A stretch of DNA of 64,000 nucleotides from Flavobacteriales bacterium (GTDB lineage: Bacteria; Bacteroidota; Bacteroidia; Flavobacteriales_C; GCA-002722245). Below are positions 18,941-29,205 of the stretch, in pieces. The notes under the pieces were generated by a model that did no database searches, was not told the origin of the DNA, and saw nothing but the letters and a program-made list of their open reading frames with translations. The stretch lies in NCBI GenBank assembly GCA_029251005.1, contig JAQXEE010000157.1, forward strand, positions 645 through 64,644. The letters run 5' to 3'. The translations under genes were made by a program, and so were the position numbers. Each line of letters starts with the position of its first letter. Within the stretch, counting starts at the first letter, position 1.

Positions 18941-19267
18941 ATGATACAGGTATCAGAAAATGCAAAAAATCAAGTCCATAAGTTAAAACGCTTAGAAGAA
19001 ATGGCTCCAGATAGTTTTATTCGAGTGGGTGTTAAAAGTGGAGGATGTTCTGGTCTATCTTATGATTTAAGTTTCGATTCGGAACTTAAAGATACAGATC
19101 AGTTATTTGAAGACAACGAAGTAAAGGTTGTGGTAGAAAAGAAAAGTTTACTGTATTTGGCAGGAACGGTTCTGGAATATGAAGGAGGATTGAATGGTAA
19201 AGGATTTAGTTTTAATAACCCAAACGCATCAAGAACATGTGGGTGTGGAGAGAGTTTTGCAGTTTAA
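18941..19267 (+). CDS. sufA: A-type Fe-S cluster carrier (IscA/SufA/ErpA family)
   Basis: C-terminal CGCGESF signature. It is the first gene of the suf operon. Confidence 0.85.
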   Translation: MIQVSENAKNQVHKLKRLEEMAPDSFIRVGVKSGGCSGLSYDLSFDSELKDTDQLFEDNEVKVVVEKKSLLYLAGTVLEYEGGLNGKGFSFNNPNASRTCGCGESFAV

Positions 19268-19289
19268 TTAATACTATAAGAACACTACT

Positions 19290-20741
19290 ATGAGTATGTC
19301 GGATGAAGATAAGATTATAGAAGAAGCAACAACTGGAGATTACAAGTATGGTTTTGTTACTGATATTGAATCTGATTTAGCCAAAGTGGGTTTGACGGAA
19401 GATACCGTTAGATTTATTTCTGCTAAAAAAGATGAACCAGAATGGTTGTTGGATTGGAGGCTCAAGGCCTTTAGAATGTGGGAAAAGATGGAAGAGCCAG
19501 ACTGGGCACATGTATCTTACCCAAAACCAAACTATCAAGATATAATATATTATGCTGCTCCAAAACCTAAAAAGGAGTATGAAAGCTTAGATCAAGTGGA
19601 TCCTGAAATTTTGAAAACGTTCGAAAAATTAGGAGTTCCGATTAACGAGCAGAAGGCGTTGTCAGGAGTTGCGGTTGATGTTGTAATGGATTCTGTTTCT
19701 GTAGCGACTACTTTTAAAGATAAACTAGGAGAATTAGGAATTATTTTTTGCTCGTTTTCTGAAGCTGTTAAAGAGCACCCGGAACTAGTGAGAGAATATG
19801 TTGGAAGTGTTGTTCCTCAAGCGGATAATTTCTTTTCTGCATTAAACTCTGCTGTTTTCTCTGATGGATCATTCTGCTATATTCCAAAAGGAGTCAGATG
19901 TCCAATGGAACTGTCAACTTACTTCAGAATAAATGAAGCAAATACAGGTCAGTTTGAAAGAACGTTGATCATTGCTGATGAAGGCGCATATGTCTCCTAC
20001 TTGGAAGGATGTACAGCGCCACAAAGAGACGAAAATCAACTGCATGCAGCGGTCGTTGAAATAGTAGCCAAAAAGAATGCTGAGGTTAAATACTCTACAG
20101 TACAAAACTGGTATCCTGGAGATAAGAAAGGAAGAGGAGGGATTTATAACTTCGTAACAAAAAGAGGAATATGTGCTGGTGATAACAGTAAGATTTCCTG
20201 GACTCAGGTAGAAACAGGCTCTGCAGTTACTTGGAAATATCCATCATGTATTCTTAAAGGTGATAATTCAGTTGGTGAATTTTTCTCTGTTGCGGTTACA
20301 AATAACATGCAGCAAGCAGATACTGGAACTAAAATGATTCACTTAGGTAAAAACACGAAAAGTACAATTGTTTCAAAAGGTATCTCAGCTGGTAAATCGC
20401 AAAATTCTTACAGAGGATTAGTTAAAATCGCTAAAGGTGCTGATGGAGCAAGAAACTTTAGTCAGTGTGATTCCCTATTAATAGGAGCGAAGTGTGGAGC
20501 TCACACTTTTCCTTATATAGAATGTCAAAATAAATCAGCTAAAGTGGAGCATGAAGCAACAACTTCAAAAATTGGAGAAGATCAGTTGTTTTACTGTAAT
20601 CAACGAGGGATTAAAACCGACAAAGCAATTGGATTAATTGTAAATGGTTTTTGTAAAAACGTTATGGATAATCTTCCAATGGAGTTTGCTATTGAAGCGA
20701 GAAAATTATTGGAAATTAGCTTAGAGGGATCGGTAGGATAA
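19290..20741 (+). CDS. sufB: Fe-S cluster assembly protein SufB
   Basis: 483 aa with conserved SufB blocks ([13 protein letters not shown], CxxxxxxAxG), followed by sufC and sufD. Confidence 0.9.
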   Translation: MSMSDEDKIIEEATTGDYKYGFVTDIESDLAKVGLTEDTVRFISAKKDEPEWLLDWRLKAFRMWEKMEEPDWAHVSYPKPNYQDIIYYAAPKPKKEYESLDQVDPEILKTFEKLGVPINEQKALSGVAVDVVMDSVSVATTFKDKLGELGIIFCSFSEAVKEHPELVREYVGSVVPQADNFFSALNSAVFSDGSFCYIPKGVRCPMELSTYFRINEANTGQFERTLIIADEGAYVSYLEGCTAPQRDENQLHAAVVEIVAKKNAEVKYSTVQNWYPGDKKGRGGIYNFVTKRGICAGDNSKISWTQVETGSAVTWKYPSCILKGDNSVGEFFSVAVTNNMQQADTGTKMIHLGKNTKSTIVSKGISAGKSQNSYRGLVKIAKGADGARNFSQCDSLLIGAKCGAHTFPYIECQNKSAKVEHEATTSKIGEDQLFYCNQRGIKTDKAIGLIVNGFCKNVMDNLPMEFAIEARKLLEISLEGSVG

Positions 20742-20771
20742 AATAAATTAAGACTTTAAAAGCATTTTAAA

Positions 20772-21530
20772 ATGTTAAAAATAAACGGTTTAAAAGCCGA
20801 AATAAATGGTAAGGAAATCCTAAAAGGATTAAACTTAGAAGTGAAACCAGGAGAAGTTCATGCTATTATGGGACCTAACGGTTCTGGTAAAAGTACTTTA
20901 GCGTCTGTGTTAGCTGGAAGAGAAGAGTATGAAGTAATTGATGGGGATGTTGATTTTGATGGTCAAGACCTATTGGATTTATCACCAGAGCAAAGAGCTG
21001 GAGAAGGGTTGTTTTTAGCATTCCAATACCCAGTTGAAATACCTGGAGTTAGTAACATTAACTTTATAAAAACTGCGGTTAATGAAGTTAGAGAATACAA
21101 TGGATTGCCAAATTTGGAAACCAAAGAATTCATGAAATTACTAAAGGAAAAACAACAATTAGTTGAGCTTTCTGGGAAATTAGCAAATCGTTCGGTTAAT
21201 GAAGGGTTTTCTGGTGGAGAAAAAAAGCGGAATGAAATTTTTCAAATGGCAATGTTAAATCCGAAATTGGGTATACTGGATGAGACTGATTCAGGATTGG
21301 ATATTGATGCGTTAAGAATCGTTGCAAATGGTGTGAATGAATTAAAAACGAAAGATAACGCTTTCGTAGTTGTAACACACTACCAAAGGCTATTAGACTA
21401 TATCGTACCTGATTTTGTGCACGTATTATACGATGGAAGAATTGTAAAAACGGGAACTAAAGAATTGGCTTTAGAACTAGAAGAAAAAGGTTACGATTGG
21501 ATTATCGATGAATTTAAAGAAACTGTTTAA
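20772..21530 (+). CDS. sufC: Fe-S cluster assembly ATPase SufC
   Basis: Walker A GPNGSGKST, ABC signature FSGGEKKR, Walker B ILDETDSGLD. Confidence 0.9.
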   Translation: MLKINGLKAEINGKEILKGLNLEVKPGEVHAIMGPNGSGKSTLASVLAGREEYEVIDGDVDFDGQDLLDLSPEQRAGEGLFLAFQYPVEIPGVSNINFIKTAVNEVREYNGLPNLETKEFMKLLKEKQQLVELSGKLANRSVNEGFSGGEKKRNEIFQMAMLNPKLGILDETDSGLDIDALRIVANGVNELKTKDNAFVVVTHYQRLLDYIVPDFVHVLYDGRIVKTGTKELALELEEKGYDWIIDEFKETV

Positions 21531-21545
21531 TCTTACAGCGTTATA

Positions 21546-22856
21546 ATGTCAACATTAACAATTTCAGATAAAGAAAGATTCCTAATAAATCAGGAAGGTC
21601 AAGATTTCAGTCATGAAGCAAAGACTTTCATAAAAATTCGTGAGCTAGCACTTAAGAATTTAAAAGATTTAGATTTTCCAACGAAAAAGTTGGAAAATTG
21701 GAAATACACAAATTTGAGGGGCATTTCTAAAATAGAATTCAGACCTCAAAGTGCAATTAATATAATTGCAGAGAAAGTTAAAGCGCATAAAATTCCAAAT
21801 TTGGATGCCTACACATTGGTATTTGTTAACGGCTTTTTCTCGCCCGAGTTTTCGGATACAGCTGAGGAAAAAGACGGAAAATTTGTAGTTACTAATCTAA
21901 ATACAGCTAAAAGGAAGTTTATCAAATTTGTAGAGCCTTATTTGGGATTTCAAACAAGAGCAAAAGATCAATTTTTTGTAAATCTCAATTCTGCTTTTTC
22001 ACAAGATGGTGCCTTTGTTTATGTTAAGGCACAGCAAAAATTAGATAAGCCGGTACACATAATTAATTTAGTGGATGGTGATTTAGTAGCAGCTTACCCA
22101 AGAAACTTAATTGTTGCTGAGAAACTATCTGAAGCTCAGGTTGTTGTTTCTTATGAGACAATTGATACAGCCTCCGCTTTAAGTAATGTTATTAACGAAG
22201 TTTTTGTTGCTGAAGGCGCTCATGTTCAAATGGACAAAATTCAAAATGAAAATAAGAACACTACTCACATTAGCGCTGATTACGCTGTCCAGCATAAGGA
22301 TTCAACATTTACAATAAATACAATCCCTGCGAACGGAAAGCTTATTCGAAATAACTTGAGTATTCTTTTAGACGGAACAGGTTGTACAGCTAATTTAAAT
22401 GGTGCAATTTGTTTGAATGGTGATATTCACGTTGATAATCAAACTTATGTTAATCATGCACAACCAAACTGTGATTCTAACGAGTTATATAAGGCTGTTG
22501 TAAACGATCAAGCGGCAAGTATTTTTAATGGTAAAATTTATGTGAATAAAATTGCACAGCAAACAAATGCTTTTCAAAGTAATGCAAATATTTTGATGAG
22601 TAATGATGCGAAAGCAAATTCAAAACCTCAGTTAGAAATATATGCTGATGACGTAAAATGTAGTCATGGTTGCACTATTGGACAGTTTGACGATGAAGCA
22701 TTGTTTTATTTAAGAGCAAGAGGAATCAAAGAATCTACAGCAAAAAAAGTTTTATTAGAAGCTTTTATTGGAGAGGTTTTAGATAAAATTAAAATTGAAG
22801 CTGTTCGTGATTATGCTAGTGCATTAATTGCAAAGAATTTTAATTCAAAAAACTAA
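21546..22856 (+). CDS. sufD: Fe-S cluster assembly protein SufD
   Basis: SufB/D-family beta-helix C-terminal region. Position between sufC and sufS. Confidence 0.85.
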   Translation: MSTLTISDKERFLINQEGQDFSHEAKTFIKIRELALKNLKDLDFPTKKLENWKYTNLRGISKIEFRPQSAINIIAEKVKAHKIPNLDAYTLVFVNGFFSPEFSDTAEEKDGKFVVTNLNTAKRKFIKFVEPYLGFQTRAKDQFFVNLNSAFSQDGAFVYVKAQQKLDKPVHIINLVDGDLVAAYPRNLIVAEKLSEAQVVVSYETIDTASALSNVINEVFVAEGAHVQMDKIQNENKNTTHISADYAVQHKDSTFTINTIPANGKLIRNNLSILLDGTGCTANLNGAICLNGDIHVDNQTYVNHAQPNCDSNELYKAVVNDQAASIFNGKIYVNKIAQQTNAFQSNANILMSNDAKANSKPQLEIYADDVKCSHGCTIGQFDDEALFYLRARGIKESTAKKVLLEAFIGEVLDKIKIEAVRDYASALIAKNFNSKN

Positions 22857-22868
22857 TTAGTTTTAGGC

Positions 22869-24095
22869 ATGTTAGCTACCAAAAATATTTTAGATACGCG
22901 CAAAGATTTTCCAACTCTGAAAAGGCTAATTAATGGGAAGCCTTTGGTGTATTTTGATAATGGAGCAACTGCTCAAAAACCTCAATTGGTAATCGATCGA
23001 ATAAACGATTATTATCAAAATGAAAACTCTAATATTCATAGAGGTGTTCATACCTTAAGTCAGGATGCTACTTCTGCTTACGAAGAAGCACGTCGTAAAA
23101 TTCAAGTGCTGATTAATGCACCCCTTGAAGAGGAGGTGATTTTCACAAAAGGAACTACCGATGGAATTAATTTAATTGCTAACGGATTTTCGAGAGGCTT
23201 TTTAAATTCAGGTGATGAGGTTGTTATTTCTGAAATGGAACATCATAGCAATATTGTTCCTTGGCAAATAGCCTGTGAGTACACTGGTGCAACTTTAAAA
23301 ATTGCACCAATGAATGATGAAGGTGAATTGATTTTTGAAGCTTTTGAAGCGTTGCTTTCAGCAAAAACAAAGTTAGTTGCTATTACTCATGTATCAAATA
23401 CACTAGGGACAATTAATCCAGCTAAGGATATTGTTAGAGTGGCACACGATAAAGGGATACCTGTTTTATTTGATGGAGCTCAAAGTGTTCAGCACATGGC
23501 TGTAGATGTTCAGGACTTAGATTGTGAATTTTATGTTTTTGGTGGACATAAAATGTTTGGGCCTACTGGTATTGGGGTGTTGTACGGAAAAAAAGAATGG
23601 TTAGATAAACTCCCTCCTTACCAAGGTGGAGGAGATATGATAAAGACGGTTTCGTTTGAAAAAACAATCTACAATGATTTACCACATAAGTTCGAAGCAG
23701 GAACGCCCAATATTGCCGGAGGTATTGGATTAGGGGCTGCTGTAGATTACTTAAATACAATCGATTGGAATGAAGTTTATGCTCATGAACAGGGATTATT
23801 AAAGTATGCTACGGAGCAAATTCTTCAAATAGAAGGGATTAAAATTATTGGGACAGCTAAAAATAAGGCAGGTGTTTTAAGTTTTGTGCATGATAAAGCG
23901 CACCATTACGACATAGGAACTCTTTTGGATCAATTAGGAATTGCGATTCGAACGGGACATCATTGTACTGAACCTTTAATGCATCGATGTAAGATTACTG
24001 GAACAGCCAGAGCATCATTTGCATTTTATAACACCAAAGAAGAAATAGATGTTTTTATAGCCGCTTTAAAACGTGCTTTAAAGATGTTATTATAA
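22869..24095 (+). CDS. sufS: Cysteine desulfurase SufS (class V aminotransferase)
   Basis: NIHRGVHTLS, PLP-Lys region GHKMFGPTGIG, active-site RTGHHCTEP. Confidence 0.9.
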   Translation: MLATKNILDTRKDFPTLKRLINGKPLVYFDNGATAQKPQLVIDRINDYYQNENSNIHRGVHTLSQDATSAYEEARRKIQVLINAPLEEEVIFTKGTTDGINLIANGFSRGFLNSGDEVVISEMEHHSNIVPWQIACEYTGATLKIAPMNDEGELIFEAFEALLSAKTKLVAITHVSNTLGTINPAKDIVRVAHDKGIPVLFDGAQSVQHMAVDVQDLDCEFYVFGGHKMFGPTGIGVLYGKKEWLDKLPPYQGGGDMIKTVSFEKTIYNDLPHKFEAGTPNIAGGIGLGAAVDYLNTIDWNEVYAHEQGLLKYATEQILQIEGIKIIGTAKNKAGVLSFVHDKAHHYDIGTLLDQLGIAIRTGHHCTEPLMHRCKITGTARASFAFYNTKEEIDVFIAALKRALKMLL

Positions 24096-24102
24096 GCATA
24101 TT

Positions 24103-24516
24103 ATGAGCATACAAGAGGTATCCGAGGAACTAGTTGAAGACTTTGAATTATTTGAAGATTGGTCTGATAAATATGAGTACATCATCTCTTTAGGAAAAGA
24201 TTTACGATCTATGAATGTCTCTGAAAAAACAGAAGATAACATCGTAAAGGGATGTCAAAGCCAAGTTTGGTTAACTGCTCGAAATGAGGATGGCATTGTT
24301 TTTTATGAGGCAGATAGTGATGCTATAATTACGAAAGGAATTATAGCTCTTTTAGTAAAAGTATTTAATGGTCAATCAGCAAAGGATATTTTAAATAATG
24401 ATTTAACATTTATTGATCAGATAGGATTAAAAGAACATTTATCGCCAAACAGAAGTAACGGATTGGTAGCGATGGTCCAACAAATGAAAACATACGCACT
24501 CGCTTTTAGTAAATAG
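24103..24516 (+). CDS. sufE: Sulfur acceptor SufE
   Basis: 137 aa with the SufE-type KGCQSQVWL active-site Cys region. Confidence 0.8.
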   Translation: MSIQEVSEELVEDFELFEDWSDKYEYIISLGKDLRSMNVSEKTEDNIVKGCQSQVWLTARNEDGIVFYEADSDAIITKGIIALLVKVFNGQSAKDILNNDLTFIDQIGLKEHLSPNRSNGLVAMVQQMKTYALAFSK

Positions 24517-24524
24517 ATATAAAG

Positions 24525-24845
24525 ATGGATCATCAGGGAAAAAAAGATTTAGAGGAACAGATTGTAATGGTGATTAAAACAATTTACGATCCTGAAATAC
24601 CTGTAGACATTTATGAATTGGGATTAATCTATCATATTAAAATAGATGACGATATAAATGTGAGTATCGATATGACATTGACCTCTCCAAATTGTCCTGC
24701 TGCAGAATCATTACCTGCTGAAGTTGAACAAAAAGTGAGCGGAATAGAAGTGGTAAAAAGCTGTAATATTGATATCGTATTTGAACCAACTTGGGAACGT
24801 CATATGATGAGTGAAGAGGCTCAAATTGAGTTGGGAATGATTTAA
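24525..24845 (+). CDS. DUF59/MIP18-family Fe-S assembly protein (SufT-like)
   Basis: IYDPEIPVDIYELGLIY...TLTSPNCPAAE motif. Confidence 0.75.
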   Translation: MDHQGKKDLEEQIVMVIKTIYDPEIPVDIYELGLIYHIKIDDDINVSIDMTLTSPNCPAAESLPAEVEQKVSGIEVVKSCNIDIVFEPTWERHMMSEEAQIELGMI

Positions 24846-24865
24846 ATGAATACCGAGAATAGAAA

Positions 24866-25360
24866 ATGATTGAGAATAAAGTTGAAAAAAGTGGACTAAT
24901 AACGATTGACCTTGTAGATTTAATTCCAAAGGGTGAACAGTTTGTTATTGACTTAAAAGACTTTATGTTTCAAGGTGTTATTCTTCGTGAAAAAGATTTT
25001 AGAGCTCAACTAAAAGCAACCGACTGGAGCGTTTATCAAGATGGGTTTGTTGCGATAACAAGTACATCAGAAGGTTTAATCCCGTTATGGGCCTTTATGT
25101 TGATTTCTTCTGTTTTAGAACCTTATGCATCTTTGGTAATTAGAGGCAATAAAACCCATTTAAAGGGGGCTTTATTGCGTAGAGTAATTGAAGATATGGA
25201 TGTTTCGGAGTATGAAGGAAAAATGGTGATTATAAAAGGGTGTGGTAAAGAATCAATTCCTGAAAGTTCTTATATAATTATTACTAAAAAATTACAACCT
25301 GTCGTGAAAAGTCTCATGTTCGGGGAGGCTTGTTCTACGGTACCAATTTTCAAAAAGTGA
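24866..25360 (+). CDS. DUF2480-like protein commonly appended to Bacteroidetes suf operons
   Basis: Position and size (164 aa) match the conserved Bacteroidetes suf tail gene. The family call rests on context. Confidence 0.5.
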   Translation: MIENKVEKSGLITIDLVDLIPKGEQFVIDLKDFMFQGVILREKDFRAQLKATDWSVYQDGFVAITSTSEGLIPLWAFMLISSVLEPYASLVIRGNKTHLKGALLRRVIEDMDVSEYEGKMVIIKGCGKESIPESSYIIITKKLQPVVKSLMFGEACSTVPIFKK

Positions 25361-25497
25361 TTTAAATTAACCGTTTAATTGAATTTGTTGTAAAAAAAAA
25401 CATGAATTTAAATGTAAAATTTTAAATTTAAGGAAACGACTTCCTTGATCTTTTTTAGGGAGTTTTTTAAAATGTGAAAAATTAAGTTATACAGATT

Positions 25498-26337
25498 ATG
25501 AAAGATGTTTATAAGATATTAGTTCCTACCGATTTCACTTCGGTTGCTAAGACTGCCTTAGCTCATGCCATTAAGATTGCTAAAATAATGGATGGTGAAA
25601 TTGTTTTACTTCACGTTGTAGATCGAGATACGAATACGGACGAAGCAAGAGCTAAGCTTGACCCGATGGCTGAGGAAGTTTCGAAAAACGAAAATATCCC
25701 GACAGTTGGTAAAGTAGTTACGGGTAATATTTTTGAAGATATTGATAAAGTAGCAGATTACGAAGGAGCTCGTTTAATCATTATGGGAACTCATGGTAGA
25801 AAAGGGATCCAGCATATTACGGGATCCTACGCTATGAAGGTAATTACAAACTCAAAAATTCCTTTTATAGTGGTTCAGGATCGTATTGTTTCTGATGGAC
25901 ATAAGAATATTGTTTTTCCTATTGACTTTAAAGCTGAAACAAAGAGTAAAATTTCTGTTACGGCAAGTATGGCGAATAAATTAGGAGCGAAAGTTCATAT
26001 TTTCGCTGACTATGAGGACGATAAATTTGACAAGCAAAAAATTGACAATAATGTAGCTTACACAAAAAAGTTCTTTTCTACTCACGGTATTGACTATGTT
26101 GTTGAGCATGCTGACGGACCTGGAGATTTTGTGAAACAAATCATTAGATACTCTGCGAGTATTAATGCAGACTTCATTGCTATATTAAACTTAAATTATC
26201 GAAGCATTAATGCCTTTCTTAAAAATTCAGAGGAAGCTTTAATTTCGAATGAAGCACAAATTCCTGTTTTAATGGTGAATCCATCTTCTGAATATATTTC
26301 GAAATCACCATTATTTGGTGACTACCAAACTTTTTAA
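25498..26337 (+). CDS. Universal stress protein, tandem Usp domains
   Basis: Two repeats of the Usp pattern (KILVPTDFS...LHVV ; ...GTHGRKG...). Confidence 0.75.
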   Translation: MKDVYKILVPTDFTSVAKTALAHAIKIAKIMDGEIVLLHVVDRDTNTDEARAKLDPMAEEVSKNENIPTVGKVVTGNIFEDIDKVADYEGARLIIMGTHGRKGIQHITGSYAMKVITNSKIPFIVVQDRIVSDGHKNIVFPIDFKAETKSKISVTASMANKLGAKVHIFADYEDDKFDKQKIDNNVAYTKKFFSTHGIDYVVEHADGPGDFVKQIIRYSASINADFIAILNLNYRSINAFLKNSEEALISNEAQIPVLMVNPSSEYISKSPLFGDYQTF

Positions 26338-26352
26338 TTATTATTAAATTAT

Positions 26353-26383
26353 AAAAAAGGCTACCAATCGGTAGCCTTTTTTT
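26353..26383 (+). terminator. Intrinsic terminator after usp (GGCTACC/GGTAGCC + T7)
   Basis: Perfect 7-bp GC-rich stem, 4-nt loop, flanked by an A-run and a T-run. Confidence 0.7.
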
Positions 26384-26400
26384 ATTTTTGGATATCTAAG

Positions 26401-27243
26401 ATGAAAATAATGAGAAAATTATTCCTTTTGCCTTTAGTAACAATCTTTTTTTCCTGTGGGGGAAATGAAGGTGATGACATATCTCAGCTAGAGATTGATT
26501 CAGCAATGGCTGTTGCGAATTATAATCCTATTATTTTAGAACGGAATGGTATTAAACTAGTAGAATTCACCGATTTCCCTCCATTCTTGGATGTTTCCAC
26601 CGAAATTACTACACAAAATCAATCCTTTAAAATGGGGATTAATAAAATTGAGTTTAAAACTAAGTTTCTTAATTTAGGACAAAAAACTGTTGAAGAGAAA
26701 ATACATAACTCAAGGTTAAATGAGGCAGGCCAATATCTTGGGGTCTTGGAGCCCAATGGTAAACTGTCTAAGATTATTCAAAAAGGATTTGAAGTTGATG
26801 TAAATGTTGGTGATAATTATTACTTCTGTTACCTTTCTCGATCTTATAATTTAAGTCTTAAAAATTCACATTCTTCATTTTTGTTCAAAATTAATGCAGA
26901 CCCAAGTGGCTGTTATTCTGAAACAAATTTATCAGATACTGTGGTTGCTTTATTACAGCCAAGAGGTAGCTATTCTTCGAATGTACAAGAGAAAATTTTA
27001 TTTGATTTTTATTTGAAAAATGTAAAAATCGGATCAAATGGGAACTATCTTTTAGTCAATATTGACAATTCTGAATTTAAGTTAATGAAGTGGGCTCCTT
27101 TTTGGATTAAAGGGTTAAAAACCGGAAAACATACTATTAAAATTGATTTGAAGGATAAAGAAGGAAAAAGTATCAAGAACCTAATGCCGAAACAATTGAA
27201 CCAAACAATTGAACTTGAGGAGGTAGTACTCTTTGATGAGTGA
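26401..27243 (+). CDS. Hypothetical lipoprotein (280 aa)
   Basis: Signal peptide plus lipobox FFSCGG. No recognisable catalytic motif. Confidence 0.5.
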   Translation: MKIMRKLFLLPLVTIFFSCGGNEGDDISQLEIDSAMAVANYNPIILERNGIKLVEFTDFPPFLDVSTEITTQNQSFKMGINKIEFKTKFLNLGQKTVEEKIHNSRLNEAGQYLGVLEPNGKLSKIIQKGFEVDVNVGDNYYFCYLSRSYNLSLKNSHSSFLFKINADPSGCYSETNLSDTVVALLQPRGSYSSNVQEKILFDFYLKNVKIGSNGNYLLVNIDNSEFKLMKWAPFWIKGLKTGKHTIKIDLKDKEGKSIKNLMPKQLNQTIELEEVVLFDE

Positions 27244-27343
27244 ACAAATTAATGTTATCATAATAATATCTTAAATATCATTTTTTAAGTCCTTTTGCTT
27301 ATTTTTATCGAGGGTGAATTAATGCCTTTCTAAAGATAGAAGT

Positions 27344-28729
27344 ATGGGATGTTCTGGATGTAGTACAGGAAGAGGCTCCAATAATTTACCTGGTGGATGT
27401 AAAAGCAATGGCGGATGTGAAAGCGGAGGTTGTAACCAACTAAATGTTTTCGATTGGCTTTCAAATATGGATAATCCGAGTTCGGCAGATTTGCCGGAGT
27501 TGGTAGAAGTTCGTTTTAAGAACGGACGAAAAGGATACTTCAACAATGTTGATAATTTAAGTTTGAATGTATCCGATGTTGTAGCAGTTGAATCATCACC
27601 AGGACATGATATTGGTACAGTTTCATTGGTAGGCGAATTAGTTCGTTTACAAGTGGCAAAAAAATCAATAAAGGACGCAGATATATTAAAAATATACAGG
27701 AAGCCACGTCAAAATGATATAGACAAATGGCAAGAAGCTATGCGTTTAGAAAAACCAACAATGACTCAAGCAAGAAAGTTTGCTATTGAGTATGGTTTAG
27801 ATATGAAAATTTGTGATGTTGAATATCAAGGTGATAAAGCAAAATGCACTTTTTATTACACAGCTGAACAAAGAGTTGATTTTAGAGAATTAATTAAAAT
27901 TTACGCCACTACTTTCAAAGTTCGAATTGAGATGCGTCAAATTGGGGCTCGTCAAGAAGCTTCCAAATTAGGCGGAGTGGGAGCTTGTGGAAGAGAGCTT
28001 TGTTGTAGTTCTTGGATGACCGATTTTAGATCTGTAACAACAAGTGCAGCGAGATATCAGCAACTATCATTAAACCCTCAAAAACTTGCAGGACAATGCG
28101 GGAAATTAAAATGTTGTTTGAACTTCGAATTAGATAGCTACCTAGACGCTGTAATGGATTTTCCTGAAACATCAATTAACTTGAAATCTGAATCAGAAGA
28201 ATATTTTCATTTCAAAACTGATATTTTTAAACGATTATATTGGTATATCTGTAGGACAGATAGAATGAAGTTTATAGCTGTTGACATTGATCGAGTTAAG
28301 GAGGTAATGGCAATGAACAAAAGAGGGGAGTTTCCTGAAGAGATCATTGAAATTATTGAAGAAAAAGAAGGGGTTAAAAAAGAGCTGGATTACTTAAATG
28401 TTGTTGGACAGGATGATTTGACAAGATTCGATAATAAAAAGAAGAAAAAGTCAGGGAAACCAACAAAAAGGCGAAATAGTAACAGAAAACCTAATAAGGA
28501 AGACGTTGTGGTAGCAGGAAATAAACCTAACCCTAATCAAAAAAGCACTAAAAAGCACAAAAGCTCCAAACCTAATAATAATCCAAACGCAAAAAAGGAA
28601 GACGGAGATAAGTCTAGGAATAAACTTAATAGCAGACCTAAAAGATCTTTTAAGAAGAGTTCAAATGATGTTTTAAAACCTAAGAGTAAGCCAAATAAAT
28701 CATCAAATAAACCTAAAAAGGAGGACTAA
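27344..28729 (+). CDS. PSP1 C-terminal domain protein (RicT/YaaT homologue) with a Cys-rich N-terminus and a Lys-rich basic tail
   Basis: GVGACGRELCCSSWMTDF...GQCGKLKCCLNFE PSP1 core. N-terminal MGCSGCSTGRG..GGCKSNGGCESGGC. The last ~110 aa are K/N/P-rich low complexity. Confidence 0.75.
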   Translation: MGCSGCSTGRGSNNLPGGCKSNGGCESGGCNQLNVFDWLSNMDNPSSADLPELVEVRFKNGRKGYFNNVDNLSLNVSDVVAVESSPGHDIGTVSLVGELVRLQVAKKSIKDADILKIYRKPRQNDIDKWQEAMRLEKPTMTQARKFAIEYGLDMKICDVEYQGDKAKCTFYYTAEQRVDFRELIKIYATTFKVRIEMRQIGARQEASKLGGVGACGRELCCSSWMTDFRSVTTSAARYQQLSLNPQKLAGQCGKLKCCLNFELDSYLDAVMDFPETSINLKSESEEYFHFKTDIFKRLYWYICRTDRMKFIAVDIDRVKEVMAMNKRGEFPEEIIEIIEEKEGVKKELDYLNVVGQDDLTRFDNKKKKKSGKPTKRRNSNRKPNKEDVVVAGNKPNPNQKSTKKHKSSKPNNNPNAKKEDGDKSRNKLNSRPKRSFKKSSNDVLKPKSKPNKSSNKPKKED

Positions 28730-29205
28730 TGAAGCAATTTCTTTTTTCTTTACTATTAGGAGTTGTTTTGCTAACAAGTTGTGACAATGCAATGATTTAC
28801 GGTGAAGATTTAGATATTAAAGATCATGTTTGGCATAAAGATTCTATTTTTATTTTTGAATCAGACTCTTTGATAGATCTTCCTCAAGTCTTAAAAATTG
28901 GGGTTACTGTTCGAAATACAGTCGATTATAAGTACAGGAATTTATGGCTTTTTGTTGAGATAAAATTACCCAATAAGGAAACACCTATAAGAGATACATT
29001 AAACCATGTCTTAATGACATCTGAAGGGTTTTGGAGTGAAAACGTTGATGGGTCAAATATAAAGGAGTCTGTTAAATATTATAAATACGCAATTCAAAAC
29101 CCTCCTGAGGGTAGTTATAGTGTGAAAGTTCAGCACGGTATGCGTGATGAATTCTTAGGTGAAATCGTTTCTATAGGAACTCGTATTGAAAAACACGAAA
29201 ACTAA
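28729..29205 (+). CDS. gldH: GldH-like gliding-motility lipoprotein
   Basis: 158-aa lipoprotein (LLTSCDN lipobox) between a PSP1 gene and PBP1A, the arrangement reported for gldH in Flavobacterium. I have not verified family membership by alignment. Confidence 0.5.
   Translation: MKQFLFSLLLGVVLLTSCDNAMIYGEDLDIKDHVWHKDSIFIFESDSLIDLPQVLKIGVTVRNTVDYKYRNLWLFVEIKLPNKETPIRDTLNHVLMTSEGFWSENVDGSNIKESVKYYKYAIQNPPEGSYSVKVQHGMRDEFLGEIVSIGTRIEKHEN

Noticed and set aside
27319-27546. 75-aa minus-strand ORF overlapping the PSP1 gene start
   Set aside because: It is antisense to a well-supported CDS and rich in Pro/Leu from GC-skewed codons. It is spurious.
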